Origin: Octopus vulgaris
Taxonomy: Eukaryota
Direction: 5' to 3'
DNA length: 64,000 nucleotides
Assembly: GCA_951406725.2 (NCBI GenBank)
Contig: OX597819.1
Coordinates: forward strand, 97,588,001 to 97,652,000
Shown here: positions 12,361 to 25,060 of the stretch, in pieces
Layout of the letters: each line of letters starts with the position of its first letter
Numbering within the stretch: position 1 is the stretch's first letter
Notes under the pieces: model-generated
What the model was told of the DNA's origin: nothing
The model's input: the letters and a program-made list of their open reading frames with translations, nothing else
Databases searched by the model: none
Translations under genes and position numbers: made by a program

Positions 12361-12529
12361 GAGCTAAACCAGAAAAAATATGAAAATTAGTACTTTACAA
12401 TTTCAGCTTCTTCATTACAAACGAATTAACCCAAATCGCAATATTTGATACACGGTAACATAATGATTCAGGGCACTAACGACTTATTTAAATGCAGCAA
12501 ACTCATAGGCTGCCCGTTTGGGATAAGCT

Positions 12530-13212
12530 CGCAAGACATGGTAAGCGTCAGTCGCCGACCTGTCCAAGATACCGGGGGTGGGGGACAGGGAAACCGTCCC
12601 TCACGCTATTGTTCAGTGTCTGGAGATAACTGAAATGAGGGCTTATGCTGAATACCTGTTGTCCGACGAAGGAAGAGTACAGCTGTCGACTGAGTCAATT
12701 ATAAAAATTGACCCACCGGGAGTTTTAACGAACGATCGTAAGAATTGTTTTATCACGGTTGTAGCAATAGCGGAAGAGGCAGTATGGAAGACTAGGATAA
12801 AAGGAATTAAGACAGGCAACTTTATCTCTGGCCACAATTTACGATAATTTTTTTTCTTTTCATTTGAAAAGGAAGCTGTGGCTGGAGAAGAGATGTCTGT
12901 TGGAGTGTACGTTCCAAAAGAGATGGAAGCATGTAGCACGAGTGGTGTGCGTGCAAAGAACCGTATGAATAGACGAAAAAAAAAGAAGAAAATAAAGGTA
13001 CCAGCGGTAGATCGTGGCTTGTGTGGTCGGAGCGTGGCCTGATCATCGCTTCATTTGTATTGTTTTTGTATTGTTAGTTCCATTCCAATTTTTTTCTATT
13101 GTATCAAAATTTTTAAAGTCATATTATATGTAAAATCATATCATTTCACTGATCCCATTAGTTGTTCTGTCCATTTCTATGTTTGGCCCCCGGTGGGCAA
13201 TAAAGAAATTGG
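12530..13212 (+). mobile_element. Tx1/L1-type LINE 3' end (C-terminal Zn-binding region + 3' UTR)
   Basis: ETVPHAIVQC...EEAVWKTR peptide; T-rich UTR ending TATGTTTGGCCCCCGGTGGGCAATAAAGAAA. Confidence 0.65.
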
Positions 13213-13229
13213 TATTGCGTCTGTGTGAG

Positions 13230-13654
13230 TTGGAAGTGTTAGTATTATTGCCGAAGTGCAAGTGTAGTTTCTGTTGATTGTTTCCGTGTTGTTGCCTGTT
13301 TTAATTGCTCTGGTCGCCATAGCGCTCTCTGTGGTGTCGTGGCCTTGGACAGTGAGCCCAATGGTGCCCAGAGCGAGCTCTGAGCTCTGGTCGCCATAGC
13401 GCTCACTGTGGTGTCGTGGATTTGGACAGTGAGCCCAATGGCGCCCAGAGCGAGCTCTGGTCGCCATAGCGCCCACTGTGGTGTCGTGGATTTGGACAGT
13501 GAGCCCAATGGCGCCCAGAGCGAGCCCATGACACTCCTTGGGCCCTAAGTAAGGCATGTGTAAAATTTGAACGAAATTGGTTGTGTAGTTCTCATGTTTT
13601 AGGGAAACAGACAGACAGACAGACACACATTCTCAGTTTTATATATATAAAGAT
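13230..13654 (-). mobile_element. Non-autonomous Helitron-like element 5' part carrying the minisatellite
   Basis: Minus strand starts A|TCTTTATATATATAAAA then (CTGT)n and ...TTCAAATTTTAC, the usual 5' architecture of invertebrate non-autonomous Helitrons. Confidence 0.45.
13307..13526. repeat. GC-rich minisatellite, three copies of ~70 bp
   Basis: GCTCTGGTCGCCATAGCGCTCACTGTGGTGTCGTGGATTTGGACAGTGAGCCCAATGGCGCCCAGAGCGA occurs three times. Confidence 0.9.
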
Positions 13655-13689
13655 TTCAGCAATAGATATCAGGAAGATATCAGGAGATA

Positions 13690-14960
13690 TCAGGAATAGA
13701 ACAGGGATCTTATACATGACGTTTATAGACTTAACCGAGGTCTGTGACACCTTCAGTCGTGAGGGGCTTTGGAAGATCATGGAAAAGTTCGGCTGCCCAG
13801 ACAAATTGGTGCAACAGTTTCATGATAGCATGCTCACTTGGGTGCTGGGCCGTGGAGATTCTTCTGACGCATTCCCAGTCACTGAGTGAAGTAGGGCTGT
13901 GTACTCGCACCTATGCAGTTTAGCACGATGTTCTCGACCATGATGTCAGATGCTTTCCACAACATCGATGAAACCAGAGCCAAGATCAGATTCAGGACCG
14001 ATGGCAGACTCTTCAGCCTACGAAGACTACAGGCGAATAACAAGGTGAAAGAAGACTCAGTGCATGACGTCCTGATTGCAGATGATTGCACACTCAACAC
14101 TGCCACTGAGGCTCAGATGCAACAGAGTATTAACTGTTTCCCATTGCCTGCAACAACTTTGGCCTTATGATCAGTACTCAAAAGACAGAGCCTATGCACC
14201 AACCTGCCCAACAAATGCAACGTGTTAAACCAACTGTCCCTGCCGGAGAGGGAAACCCTGAAGGTTGTTAGTAAGTTCATGCACCTCAGCAGCACACATT
14301 CCAGTTCTGAGAACATTGATAATGAAGCCAACACACATATCGCAAAGGGTATTTCAGCACTTGGATGGCTGTTAGGAAAAGACAGCCATGACGCTGGCTA
14401 CCAAGCAAAGGTGCACCAAGCAGTTGTACTCCCTACACTACTGTATGCCTGTGAGAAGTGGGCAGTTTATAAATGCTGCACCAAACAACTTCCACATGAA
14501 CTGTCTGAGAATGCTGTTGAAAATCCCCTGGCAAGATAAGGTCCCAGACAAGGAGGTTGTCTGCCGAGGTGTTGAGGAGAGAGTAGATCCGGTGGGCCGG
14601 GCACCTCGTTCAAATGATTGACGCACGATTTCCTCTCCAAAAAAAAACTGTTTCCCAACGAACTGGCGGAAGGAAAGCGTACGCAAGGTGATAAGAAAAA
14701 AAGGGCTTCAAAGCCTCACTGAAGTGCTTTGATATTTACCCCGACCCTTGGGAAATGCAAGAACAAGCCCACCCTTCATGGTGAAACTGAGCCGGCAAGG
14801 GTACCACATACAAACAGAATAGGATCGCAGGAGCACAAAAACGCGACTTGCGAAAATCCATAGCCAACTCCTTGTCTTCAGTCCTAGAAGACCACCAGAG
14901 CCCGAGCTGCGGTAGAGCTTTACGAGCACGCATCGAACTGTCTTTTATCTCTCATGTGAC
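13690..14960 (+). mobile_element. RTE (BovB-like) LINE remnant
   Basis: YMTFIDLT..DTFSREGLWKIMEKFGCPDK, RFRTDGRLFSLRRLQA, LIADDC and AVVLPTLLYACE; frameshifted. Confidence 0.88.
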
Positions 14961-15423
14961 GTCCTTGGTCATCGTCGACAAAGATGAAGAAACACTATTG
15001 TATGTTTACTCAAGATCTTTTCAATATTTCTATTTAAATAATAAAAACGGTAAGTCGTTCCTGGGTAAGCTTGAACCACCAACCTTTTGGTTAACAACTG
15101 AACCATTGCGCCAAAGAAACAATTAGCGCTAAAACTTTTATATAGCTTGTTTAATAAATACCCAAGTTTATTTATCAAACTAAATTGGGAACCAAAGAAG
15201 ACATTTATTAGTTTGTGACTGTTACGAAAAGGTGGTGGTGGTGGTGGTGGTGGTGGTGGTGGTTTTAGCAGCCGCGAGAAAAGCCTTTGTGGTTGCGTAT
15301 ATAACAAGTTCGCTTTGCATCCACGCGGTTCCATGTTCGAACACACTGCGATACACTGTGATTAAACTTTGTTGGATGGAAGCTGTACAGTTCGTCAAAC
15401 ACAAACACACATGTATGTGTATG

Positions 15424-15458
<35 letters not shown>

Positions 15459-15969
15459 CGGCGATGCATCAGCATGGCCGCAGCTCTGAGGTGAAACTAG
15501 AGAGAGAAAAATATATAAGAGAGAGAGAGGAAGCGAAAGAGACAGACAAAAAGAAAGACAGAAAGAAGAGGAAGAGAGAGAATGGCTGTAATAATATATG
15601 TTCATTCTTTAATAAATTAATCAATTGAAATGATTATGCCGGCAGTAGAATTGTTGGGTAGCCAGAAACCAGCTTTGATGGAGCTGACCTCTCCTTCCGG
15701 GACCATCTTGTTGATTTAAGGTTAAGTACAACAGCATTATCTAATGTGTCTTTTCTTTATTTCAGACGGTGTAGTTTTATTTAAGGGAGATTTGGTTGCT
15801 ATTTCTAACAGCAACGGAGACAGTCAGACACTGTTGCAAAGCACTTATTAAACAACGACAAACAATGGCTAATCAACCAATCACCATTCACTGTAATAAC
15901 GATTTCAAATATTGACACAAGGCCAGCAATTTCGGGATGGGGTGAGTTAAGTCGATTATATTGACTCCA

Positions 15970-16042
15970 GCCGAGATATCTCAGTTGGGAGAGCGTTAGA
16001 CTGCAGATCTAAAGGTCTCTGGTTCGCTTTCGAGTTTCAGAA
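15970..16042 (+). pseudogene. tRNA-Phe-derived pseudogene with anticodon changed to GCA
   Basis: GCCGAGATATCTCAGTTGGGAGAGCGTTAGACTGCAGATCTAAAGGTCTCTGGTTCGCTTTCGAGTTTCAGAA resembles eukaryotic tRNA-Phe(GAA), with substitutions breaking the D, T and acceptor stems; long T-run downstream. Confidence 0.8.
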
Positions 16043-16167
16043 GTGTGTGCACGCTTGTTTATTTACGTTTTTTTTTTTTATTATTCAAAAACGCTTTTCT
16101 TGTGTGTGTCTTTACAAGGACGATTGGATCCATATACCTAGCAGGATTTCCAATTATTCATGTACGT

Positions 16168-16204
<37 letters not shown>

Positions 16205-17084
16205 CAGGGAAAATAGGATAAGCACTTTTTCTGAGTATAAATAGAAACAAAGTCGACTTTGCCGTTCATCGTTGCGGGAAATATGGAATAAGAACAACTG
16301 ATTGTACATTATCTACGCCATCAACACAGCTCTACTTTCATTTAGAAACAAATTAAAATAAACACATTATTGATTGAGCAGGCACGTATGAAAGGCACTT
16401 TCATTTCTGACCAAGGATTGACCAACTTTTTTGTCTTCCTTCTACGAGGGAAGATAAGGTTAGAAAAGAAGTGTCTGTCATCGGACAGATTCGGTAAAAG
16501 GTGGATGCAAGTGGATTGCATGTTGGGAATGAATGGTCCTACGTGAGTGCTATCCAGGAAAAGTTAAAACAAAAGGTTCAGTGGTGGAACGTGTCTTGCA
16601 GAGTCGGAACAGTTCCCCCACTGTGTTGTGATATGTCTGTCCCTTCATTCGTTTTATATTATCATAACATTTTTAGATACACTTTTGTGTAACAACATTC
16701 GATACCCAGAATCATTTGTACTGCCCCCTTGTGGTTAGAATAAATGTATTCGCTATTTCTCCGTTCTGTTGATGTATTATACTGTAAGTTGCTGGTAATT
16801 GTTAATTTAATTGTTGAATTTGCTGTTGTTTCATTTGTTGTGTGTTTTTTTAAAACAAAACACCTTGTTTTATCGTGTTTAGCAGAATTTTGAACGTTAT
16901 TCCCCTCTTGAGGAGGGGAATTATTTATTCTCTTGTGCAAGGGCTTCTCTCCAACCCCAAAGAAAAAACTATATGAGGAAACCAATTTTAAAATGCCTTC
17001 TGATAAAGTTTTGACCATGCCGTCGGGCGAAGAATTTTTGAACGGAAAAATTGTTGAAACAATCGGGTCTAATTTCGCTGCAGG

Positions 17085-17447
17085 TTTCGGCCCGAAAGTC
17101 GTCTTGAACAGGCGAGTCAGGTATTCCTCGTCGACACCCAGGTTCGCCTCGAGATCGTTGTCGTACCTCCCCTCCACTAATCTCCTATAGAATGCTTTGG
17201 TTGTGTTGAAGTCGCTCAAGGTCGACCCGGGACGGCATAGTTGCTTGAGAGCAACGCGACACTCGCGGTGCCATTCGCCCTTCCTCGGCCTCTTTTTGAT
17301 CCACGACTGTAGTTCGGTCATGGAGACGAGCTGCGGGAAAGCGTGCCTCACAAACGGCGACCACACCTGTTCACCATCGTCTACGTAGAGCCGGAGATGT
17401 CGCAGTCTCAGCCCGTGTCTGCGCATCATTAACCACGGCATGCCCGG
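17085..17447 (-). mobile_element. Tx1/L1-type ORF2 internal fragment
   Basis: GC-rich coding-like block GMPWLMMRRHGLRLRHLRLYVDDGEQVW...TTKAFYRRL, resembling the post-RT region of L1/Tx1 ORF2. Confidence 0.55.
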
Positions 17448-19009
17448 TCTTCCTTTTAACGAGTCACCGGAAAAAGGCCTCGGTGATACTCTTTTTATAA
17501 AGTGCATAAAGTGGACATGTCTTTGATATTTGATATCTTACTTTACCATATAGTGATAATTAATATTTTATTTCACTCATTACTTTATATCTAAAATATT
17601 CGTTCACTTCTGATGCATCACGTCTTAATTCATTCAACTCTCATAATTCATATCCTAAAGAAACATTTCGTACTGTCGCATATTTCAGAGCAAATCCATC
17701 AATATTTTGTAGGCAGTCGTTGTGATATAAATACGCTTGAAGGCTGTGAAAAATCTTTATAATGTAGATTAAATTGGAACAGAGATATTTAATTTGTAAC
17801 TAAGATGATGATGATGTATAGAAAGCTAGGGATTACTATATTTAAATACTGGTTGTTCATATTGGTATCTTAAAATGAAACGTTGTTGTATGTGGCTATT
17901 TTTTGTGAAGAATGAAAATCAGATACACATTTAATAGAAACTGTAGGGGATAGCTAATATGAACTTTAATTATACATTCTACACTTATTTTAAACTTGTC
18001 TAAAAAGGATATCAGATATACAGGTGTACAGAAAGGAGTGAATAGACAGTATAGACAAAGTTTTCTACATGTGGCTATCTAATGTGAATTAACCTAGATA
18101 GCAAGAATCTGTTCTTTATAGACTTGAATCACGAAATGAATGAAACATAGATATTTTAAATTTATATATAACTAATGGGGCTTCATATTTATCTCTTTCA
18201 TGACATGGGGTGAAGTGGAGGTAAAAGAAAAGAAAAGAAAATGACAGAATGTGGGGTTAGAAATGAAAATATATATACATATATAAAAGTACAAGATCGC
18301 TAATTTAAATTAAATAACGATCTTATCAAGTAGCCAGCATGGAAATAAAAACCTTCAAAAGTAATAATTATTATTAAAATTATAATTTAGGGTATCTAAG
18401 AGATACCTCTATGCTGAAAATAGCAGCCATGATATGACTCTAAAACCACATTAAATGCCCATACAGCACAAGGAGAGAAGACAAAAAGACAAAATAAAAC
18501 TAGTAAATATATATATGTATATATATATATGTATATGGCCACAGCTCATAAGCTGAAACTAGAATCAATCAATCATATGTATATATATGATATATATGAG
18601 TCACTCACTCTGTCACAGATATAACATAACGAAACAAAGTTTCTATTATTGATGTAAATTTGTTAAAAATGGTTTATCCTCTATGTATTAAATCTATATG
18701 GTCATCTGCTTCTGAAGAGAGCGGTTTCTTTCAAATTGACGTAATGTTTTCTTTGATAAATTAAATGGAGCCGCTTGAAATGGCCATAATGTCTTGACAC
18801 CTGTACAAAAGTGACTTGATCTAAGATCGCGCACTGAAACAAAAACAATTGCAGCACCAAGTTTTGTCAGTGAACGGGTCGCGGTTTCAAAGCGACGAAA
18901 ATATGTTGACGCAAATGAAAATTAAGTGTTGAAGTGAAACTAATGGTTTTTGTGTGTTCTTGAATGGCTTACAAATATCCTCCAGACTGCAATTGTTTAT
19001 ATATATATA

Positions 19010-20573
19010 CAGTGGGGGGAAATAAATATTCGTACATGTCAAAATTATTTATTTATTTAATTTCTAATGAACATAAATGGGATATACCAATACTATATTT
19101 GCATACACGTGCAAAAGAAACTAATAAATTATAGTAACTAAGGAATTTATATACAATTATAAATATTTAGGGGTGAAAAAAGTATTCATACAGAATAAAT
19201 TTACGATTTTCTATGCCACAAAATTCTGTTAAAATAATATTTTTTTTACTTGAACTTTTTCAGTTGTTCCAGTTGTCATTTCTAAGTGTCAAAACGCTAG
19301 CTTCTTCATTCAACACTGAGACAACATAAAGTAGTATCGTAATAATGGTAAAAAATAAAGAACTTACAAACTAAGTGAAAAACTTAATTATTGAACACTG
19401 GAAAGCAGGTAAAAGTTACAGGAAAATACCAGAGACCCTTTGTATTCCATTTTCTTCCATATGTTCATTTATTCAAGGATATAAAAAATCAGGTACTGAA
19501 TAAGATCCGGTGCACCATGCAAGATTTCCCCTAGATCTTTAAGAAAAATGAATCGAAGAATCGAAATAAAATGCTATGATCACCAGAAAGGAGTTGCTAG
19601 AAGATTTGTTAGCTTCAGGGATTAGTGTTACACTACGAACAATCAGCAATGAACTTCATAGGAATGAACTGAAGTCACACTCTCCTAGAAAAACTCCGCT
19701 GTTGACTAAAAGGCATAGAGATGCCCGTTTAAAATTTGTTTATGAACATAAAGATAAATCTGATACATTCTGGGAAAATGTTCTATAGACAGACGAGTCG
19801 AAAATTGAATTGTTTGGACGAAATTTGCGTAGCCATGTTTAGAGGAAAGATGATACTGCCTATTCGTCGAGAAACACAATTCCTACCGTAAAGTTTGGAG
19901 GTGGCAACATCATGGTGTGGGGGTGTTTCTCTGCAAATGGTCCTGGCAATTTACATGTGATAGATGGTAGAATGACTGCAGAGATGTACCAAAATATGTT
20001 GAACAATAATTTATGGAACTCTGTAGAAAAACTCCAGATTTGTGAAGTGTGGGTTTTACAACAGCCTAAGCATGCGGCGAAGTCTACCAAAAATGGATTG
20101 TCGATTACAATATAAAATTATTAGAATGGCCAAACCAGTCACCTGACTTGAACCCCATTGAAAATTTGTGGCGTTATTTGAAAATTAAAATTCATTCAAG
20201 AGCCCCAACGTGCATTGCAGATTTGAAGAAAATTTGTCAAGAAGAATGGGAAAAAATTCCTTAAGAAACATGTGAGTCATTGATTAAGAACTACAAGAAG
20301 AGATAGGTTGAAGTGGAACTGAATAATAGTTATGCTACGAAGTATTAAATCAATAGTATCAGTTATTTATGTTCTTTACGAATACTTTTTTCACCACTAA
20401 ATATTTATAATTGTATATAAATTCCTTAGCTACTATAATTTATTAGTTTCTTTTGCATATTCTTAGTTTATGCATGTGTATGCAAATATAGTATTGGTAT
20501 ATCCCATTTATGTTCATTAGAAATTAAATAAATAAATAATTTTGACATGTATGAATATTTATTTCCCCCACTG
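19010..20573 (+). mobile_element. Full-length Tc1-family transposon with long IR/DR-type TIRs; transposase inactivated
   Basis: TA|CAGTGGGGG...CCCCCACTG|TA; TIRs of ~180-195 bp with an inner repeat of the terminal motif. Transposase ~19344-20348 has KTPLL, TDESKIELFG, GGGNIMVWGCF, WPNQSPDLNPIENLW and YATKY, with stops. Confidence 0.95.
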
Positions 20574-20582
20574 TATATATGT

Positions 20583-23161
20583 CAGTGGCGACTCCGGCAC
20601 TCAGGCTGTTCGGGCTTAGCCCGAGTATAAATTTAACAAAGCATTAAGTGAACGCATATTTGCAAACTGATTTAATTTTTCCCAACACTGACTATATGCA
20701 AGTAATTGCAGCCAACAACTCGGGCTCCTTTTATTGAGCCGGGTCGTAGTTCATTTATATTTTGTTCAGCGTCTAGCGGTCGTCTTAGAGGTGCTCGGTG
20801 TCAAAAAATTCGTAGCAGACGTTTTCTCGACATCTTTCACATGCGCCCGACTCGGGCTCAGAAGTTACAGCCCGAGTTGTTATCTATAATCGTAAAAGTT
20901 AAAAGTAATTCAAATTCAATGTTTTCTTGAAACAATAAATTTCTATGGAGATTAGGATTTAGATTCCAATTTACGAAAAGTTTCCGTTCTACAATATTCT
21001 GAAAGGAACGATAAATTATCCAGCAACTCGGGCTTTTACGAACGAGCCTGGTAGGTTTAGAAGACTAACTGGAATCCCTTGTCAAGAGTACTGGCAACAG
21101 TCAGATCGCTGATGTTTGTTGTGCACTCCGCTGTCATTATTTGATTGCTGTTATTCTGGGCGTCTGTGTGTTTTGCAGGGTTGTCTTATTTTTAACCTTA
21201 ACTTAGAAATAGAGAAAGACATGGTGCTAGATATAAAAAATAAACCATTTGACGCTAGAAATATTGCAGAAAACGTGAAATTCTTCGAGCAGGCAGGCCG
21301 AATCCTTCATCGAAAACCAAAGTTGGAACTTGAACATTTCAGATAAAATGGTATGAACAGATTGATTGGCTTTGTGCAAGTAGCGTCACGGAGAAACTCT
21401 ACTGCTGGCTATGCTTGTTGTTTCAACCAAAAGCTAATCAGTCATGGACAGGTGAAAGTTAGGATAATTATCAAAACATCCTGAGTGACTGTAAGCACCA
21501 CAGTATATCAGTGAATCATTTAAGTAGTTAAAAAAGCTTGAAAACTTTCGGACTGTACGATATTGTGACAGCAATTAGTGAGTCTGCCAAACTGGAAAAA
21601 GAACGGCATGAAGAAAATAGACATTATTTAAAGCAGTTAACAAATGCAATGTTATACCTGTGTAAATAAGAGTTGCCGTTATGTAGACATGACAAAGGAA
21701 GTGACAGCCTTAATAGAGGAAGTTACCGTGAACGATTTCAGTGTTTTGTTGAAGTCGACAACGTGTTTGCTTCTTGACTTTCTACTAAAGAGGAGTCGAA
21801 ACAGTTCTCAGGAGTCTCAAGCACAATACAAAATGACCCAATACAAGCGATTGGAAATGTCATCTCTGATGAAATTAGAAGCGAAGTTGATAAAGCTCCG
21901 TTCATGTCTGTACAAGCCGACGAAACTACAGACTCTGCAATGCATGTCCAACTATCGATCATAATAAGATATGCATATGAAGACAAAACATGTGAACGAT
22001 TTCTTGGATCCTATGAAGTCAGTGTTGATAAAAGTGCCACAAGACTGGCTGATGTGATCGCAACTGCGTTGAACTCCTTCAGTCATGCTACCGATAAATT
22101 AGTGAGTCAGACTTACGACGGGGCAGGTGTAATGACAGGAACGCTAAACGGAATACAGAGCTAGCTAAAGGATAAAGGATTTAAACACGCGCACTTCATT
22201 CACTGATATGCGCATAAGCTTAACTTAGTCTTGAGTAAAAGTGCCGAGAAGGTGAATGGAATAAATATGCTTTTTTTCTCATTTACGCGCATTTAGTAAA
22301 TTTACATCTTCCAGTACTAAGCGGAAAAACGTTTTCAGGCAGCTTAATGTCAGTATTCCATCACTGTGCGAGACAAGATGGTGCTATAGATCAAGAACTG
22401 TGTCCTCCATAAAACTATTGCATGAAAACTCGAAAAATGTCTTCACAAGTATTCTATGCTCTAGTGAAAAGTGGGATGAAAATACACTTTGTCAAACAGA
22501 CAATCATTTGGCGAAGTTGAATGATTTCACATTCGTGTTTTTCATCAGTTGCTTTCATAACATACTTTCTCAGGCTGGAAAAATCTTTGATATCCTGCAG
22601 TGTAAGCTACTCGATATAAAGCATGGTCAGAGTAAACTAAGCGACTCCATTCATTGTGCTGAAGGTTATCGTATGGACGAACATTATGAAAACATTCTGC
22701 GCAATACAGCTGCTGTCATTGAACAGGCAGATGAGTCTGATCCATCTCTTAGAAAATGAGTCAGAGGTGCACAAATTAATTACAAAATTACCTATTTTGA
22801 AATAATTGATATCGTTCTGATGTCCTTACGAGAGAGATGTTCTGGCATTCAAGAGGATGCATTTAAAAAAATTACTAGACGTTAAGTTTGGCTCGGATTT
22901 CTATCGAGAAAAGCATTTTGAACGACGTGGGCAACAAGAAGGAGCTGCATGACACGAGTTCGCCATCAAACCAAGACGACTGGAGTTCATATATAAATGA
23001 AGTGAGTAATTTTTATATCAAAACTATATTTCGGTCTTATTGTTAAATTATCAGTGTACATATAACTCTGCGGTGTGCTTTATGCTTCTTTCTTTCTTTT
23101 ATACATGTGTCTTATGCAAAATCTGTGATGAGCCCGAGTGACGCGGATGACCTGTAGTCGC

Positions 23162-23166
<5 letters not shown>
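20583..23166 (+). mobile_element. hAT DNA transposon (ZMYM1/DUF4371-like transposase pseudogene)
   Basis: TIRs CAGTGGCGACT / AGTCGCCTCTG; 8-bp TSD ATATATGT/ATATATAT (7 of 8); subterminal GCCCGAG repeats; motifs SVQADETTD, QTYDGAGVMTG, H*YAHKLNL and TRW. Confidence 0.9.
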
Positions 23167-23216
<50 letters not shown>

Positions 23217-23218
<2 letters not shown>

Positions 23219-23480
23219 TTGTTTCTGTCATTTGACTGTGGCCATGCTGGAGCACCGCCTTGAAGGGTTTTGGTCGAATGAATCGACGCCAGGACTGTTT
23301 CTTAAAGCCTGGTACCTATCATATCGGTCACTTCTGCTGAACCGCTAGATACGGGAACTTAAACACACCAACACCGGTTGTCAAGCAGTGGTAGGGGACA
23401 ATCACAAACACAAAGACACTCACAAGTATACATACATGCATACATACATGCATGCATGCATACATACATACATACATACA

Positions 23481-23552
<72 letters not shown>

Positions 23553-23705
23553 CGACGAGCTTCTTTCGGTTTCCGTCTACCAAATCCACTCAAGGTTCAC
23601 AAGGCTATGGCCCGCCTGAGGTTATAGTGGAAGACATTTGCCTCAAGGGACTGAATACGAAACAATTTGGTTGGGAAGCAAGCATCTTACTCAACAACCA
23701 CGCCT
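23217..23705 (-). mobile_element. tRNA-derived SINE with internal microsatellite
   Basis: Conserved blocks GGTAGACGGAAAC..AAAGAAGC, GCTTGACAACCGGTGTTGG and AAGGCGGTGCTCCAGCATGGCCACAGTCAAATGAC; the family recurs throughout the window. Confidence 0.8.
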
Positions 23706-24305
23706 GTGCTTATACATACATACACACACATACACATATGTATGTATGAATGTATATATACAAAGTTGAAAATGAAGATAATAATGGAAGCTGGAAGCAA
23801 CTAATAACCAATATCAAGGTGTTAAGGCTAATCAACAGGTATAGAACAGATAAATAGAGTTAAGATCAGAAATATGTTTCTATTACCTAAATTTTAATCA
23901 GTTTCAGAAGGACTCCGTTAATGAGATCACAGTGGTGCAACGAAATTATGACACTTTTGGAAATAAAATGAAAGTAAGACAGAGTTTGTGCAATTCTTAT
24001 GTGATCGAGATAAATCTAGCACACCGTAAATAAATGTTTCTCTGTCGATGGAAATAGCAGTATGCGATACAGAGCTGCTTCAGAGGGCGGGACAATCATT
24101 TAATTTACATGTAGCAATGATAATTACGTTTTCTGATTTGATGATGACGTGACATTGTATGGTGGGACTGATACACCAATAGACTGAATCACAATGGAAA
24201 TATAACGACGCAAAAGAATTTTGAATGACAATTGTAACATTATCAAGGTGAAAATTTGTTCGACTACGAAAAAAGAAAAAAAGGAATTGCAATAAAAAAC
24301 TTTAT

Positions 24306-24397
24306 CGCCCGCAGAGGGACTTGAACCCGCGACCCTCAGATTTCATCAATCGACACTACATAAAAGTCTGATGCTCTACCGACTGAGCTATGCGGGC
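24306..24397 (-). tRNA. tRNA-Lys(UUU) with 19-nt intron, copy 6 (older paralogue)
   Basis: Exons identical to copies 2 and 4; diverged intron TGTAGTGTCGATTGATGAA of the same length; TTTTTT terminator. Confidence 0.93.
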
Positions 24398-24876
24398 TGA
24401 CGTGATGCAGAGCCAAATTTTAGATATATTAATCATATTGGACTTAGCGATAATCAACAATTGAAAAATTGCTGTGGATTGAAATGATTGTTGTATAAAG
24501 TTTATTATGGTTTTGATATCTATTATCTTACTTAATCACATTGTGATAATCAAAATTTTGATTCTTTCGGATATCAAGGTATTATATTTTGATATATTCG
24601 TTCACTTCTGAAATGCCATGCCATATCACATGCTTTACCTGCTGAGGTATGCAGACTGATCATTATTCTTAATAAAATCTTCAGAGATTACAGTTTCCTT
24701 AGGTTGTATTCTTTCTTTTATTTCACATCAAAACTCTGTAAAGACATTGCTTTTTGTCTTTTTATATTATTGTTGCTATGGTTTAAAAAAAAAATTATTT
24801 ATGGTTTATTTTTATTGTTTACGGAGATGTACTTGCATAGCGAATGACTTGATCTGAAATCGTGTGCTGGAACGAA

Positions 24877-25060
24877 AGCAATTGCAGCGTGGAAGGTGTT
24901 TATAAGCCATTTAAGAAACACTCGAAGTTTTGTCTGTGAATAGGTCGCGGTCTCAAAGCGACGAAAATATTGTGACAAATTAAATTTAAATGTTGAAGTG
25001 AATCTAACGTTTTTTGTGTTTCTTAAATGGCTTATAAACACCTTCCACACTGCAATTGTT
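24877..25060. mobile_element. MITE with ~42-bp TIRs
   Basis: AATTGCAGCGTGGAAGGTGTTTATAAGCCATTTAAGAAACAC and its reverse complement; a degenerate paralogue lies at ~18840-18997. Confidence 0.7.

Noticed and set aside
13307-13526. CRISPR-like repeat array
   Set aside because: Head-to-tail units without unique spacers, no cas genes, eukaryotic context; it is a minisatellite.
16662-17507. 281-aa ORF as a host gene
   Set aside because: Chimera of a LINE fragment and AT-rich read-through sequence.
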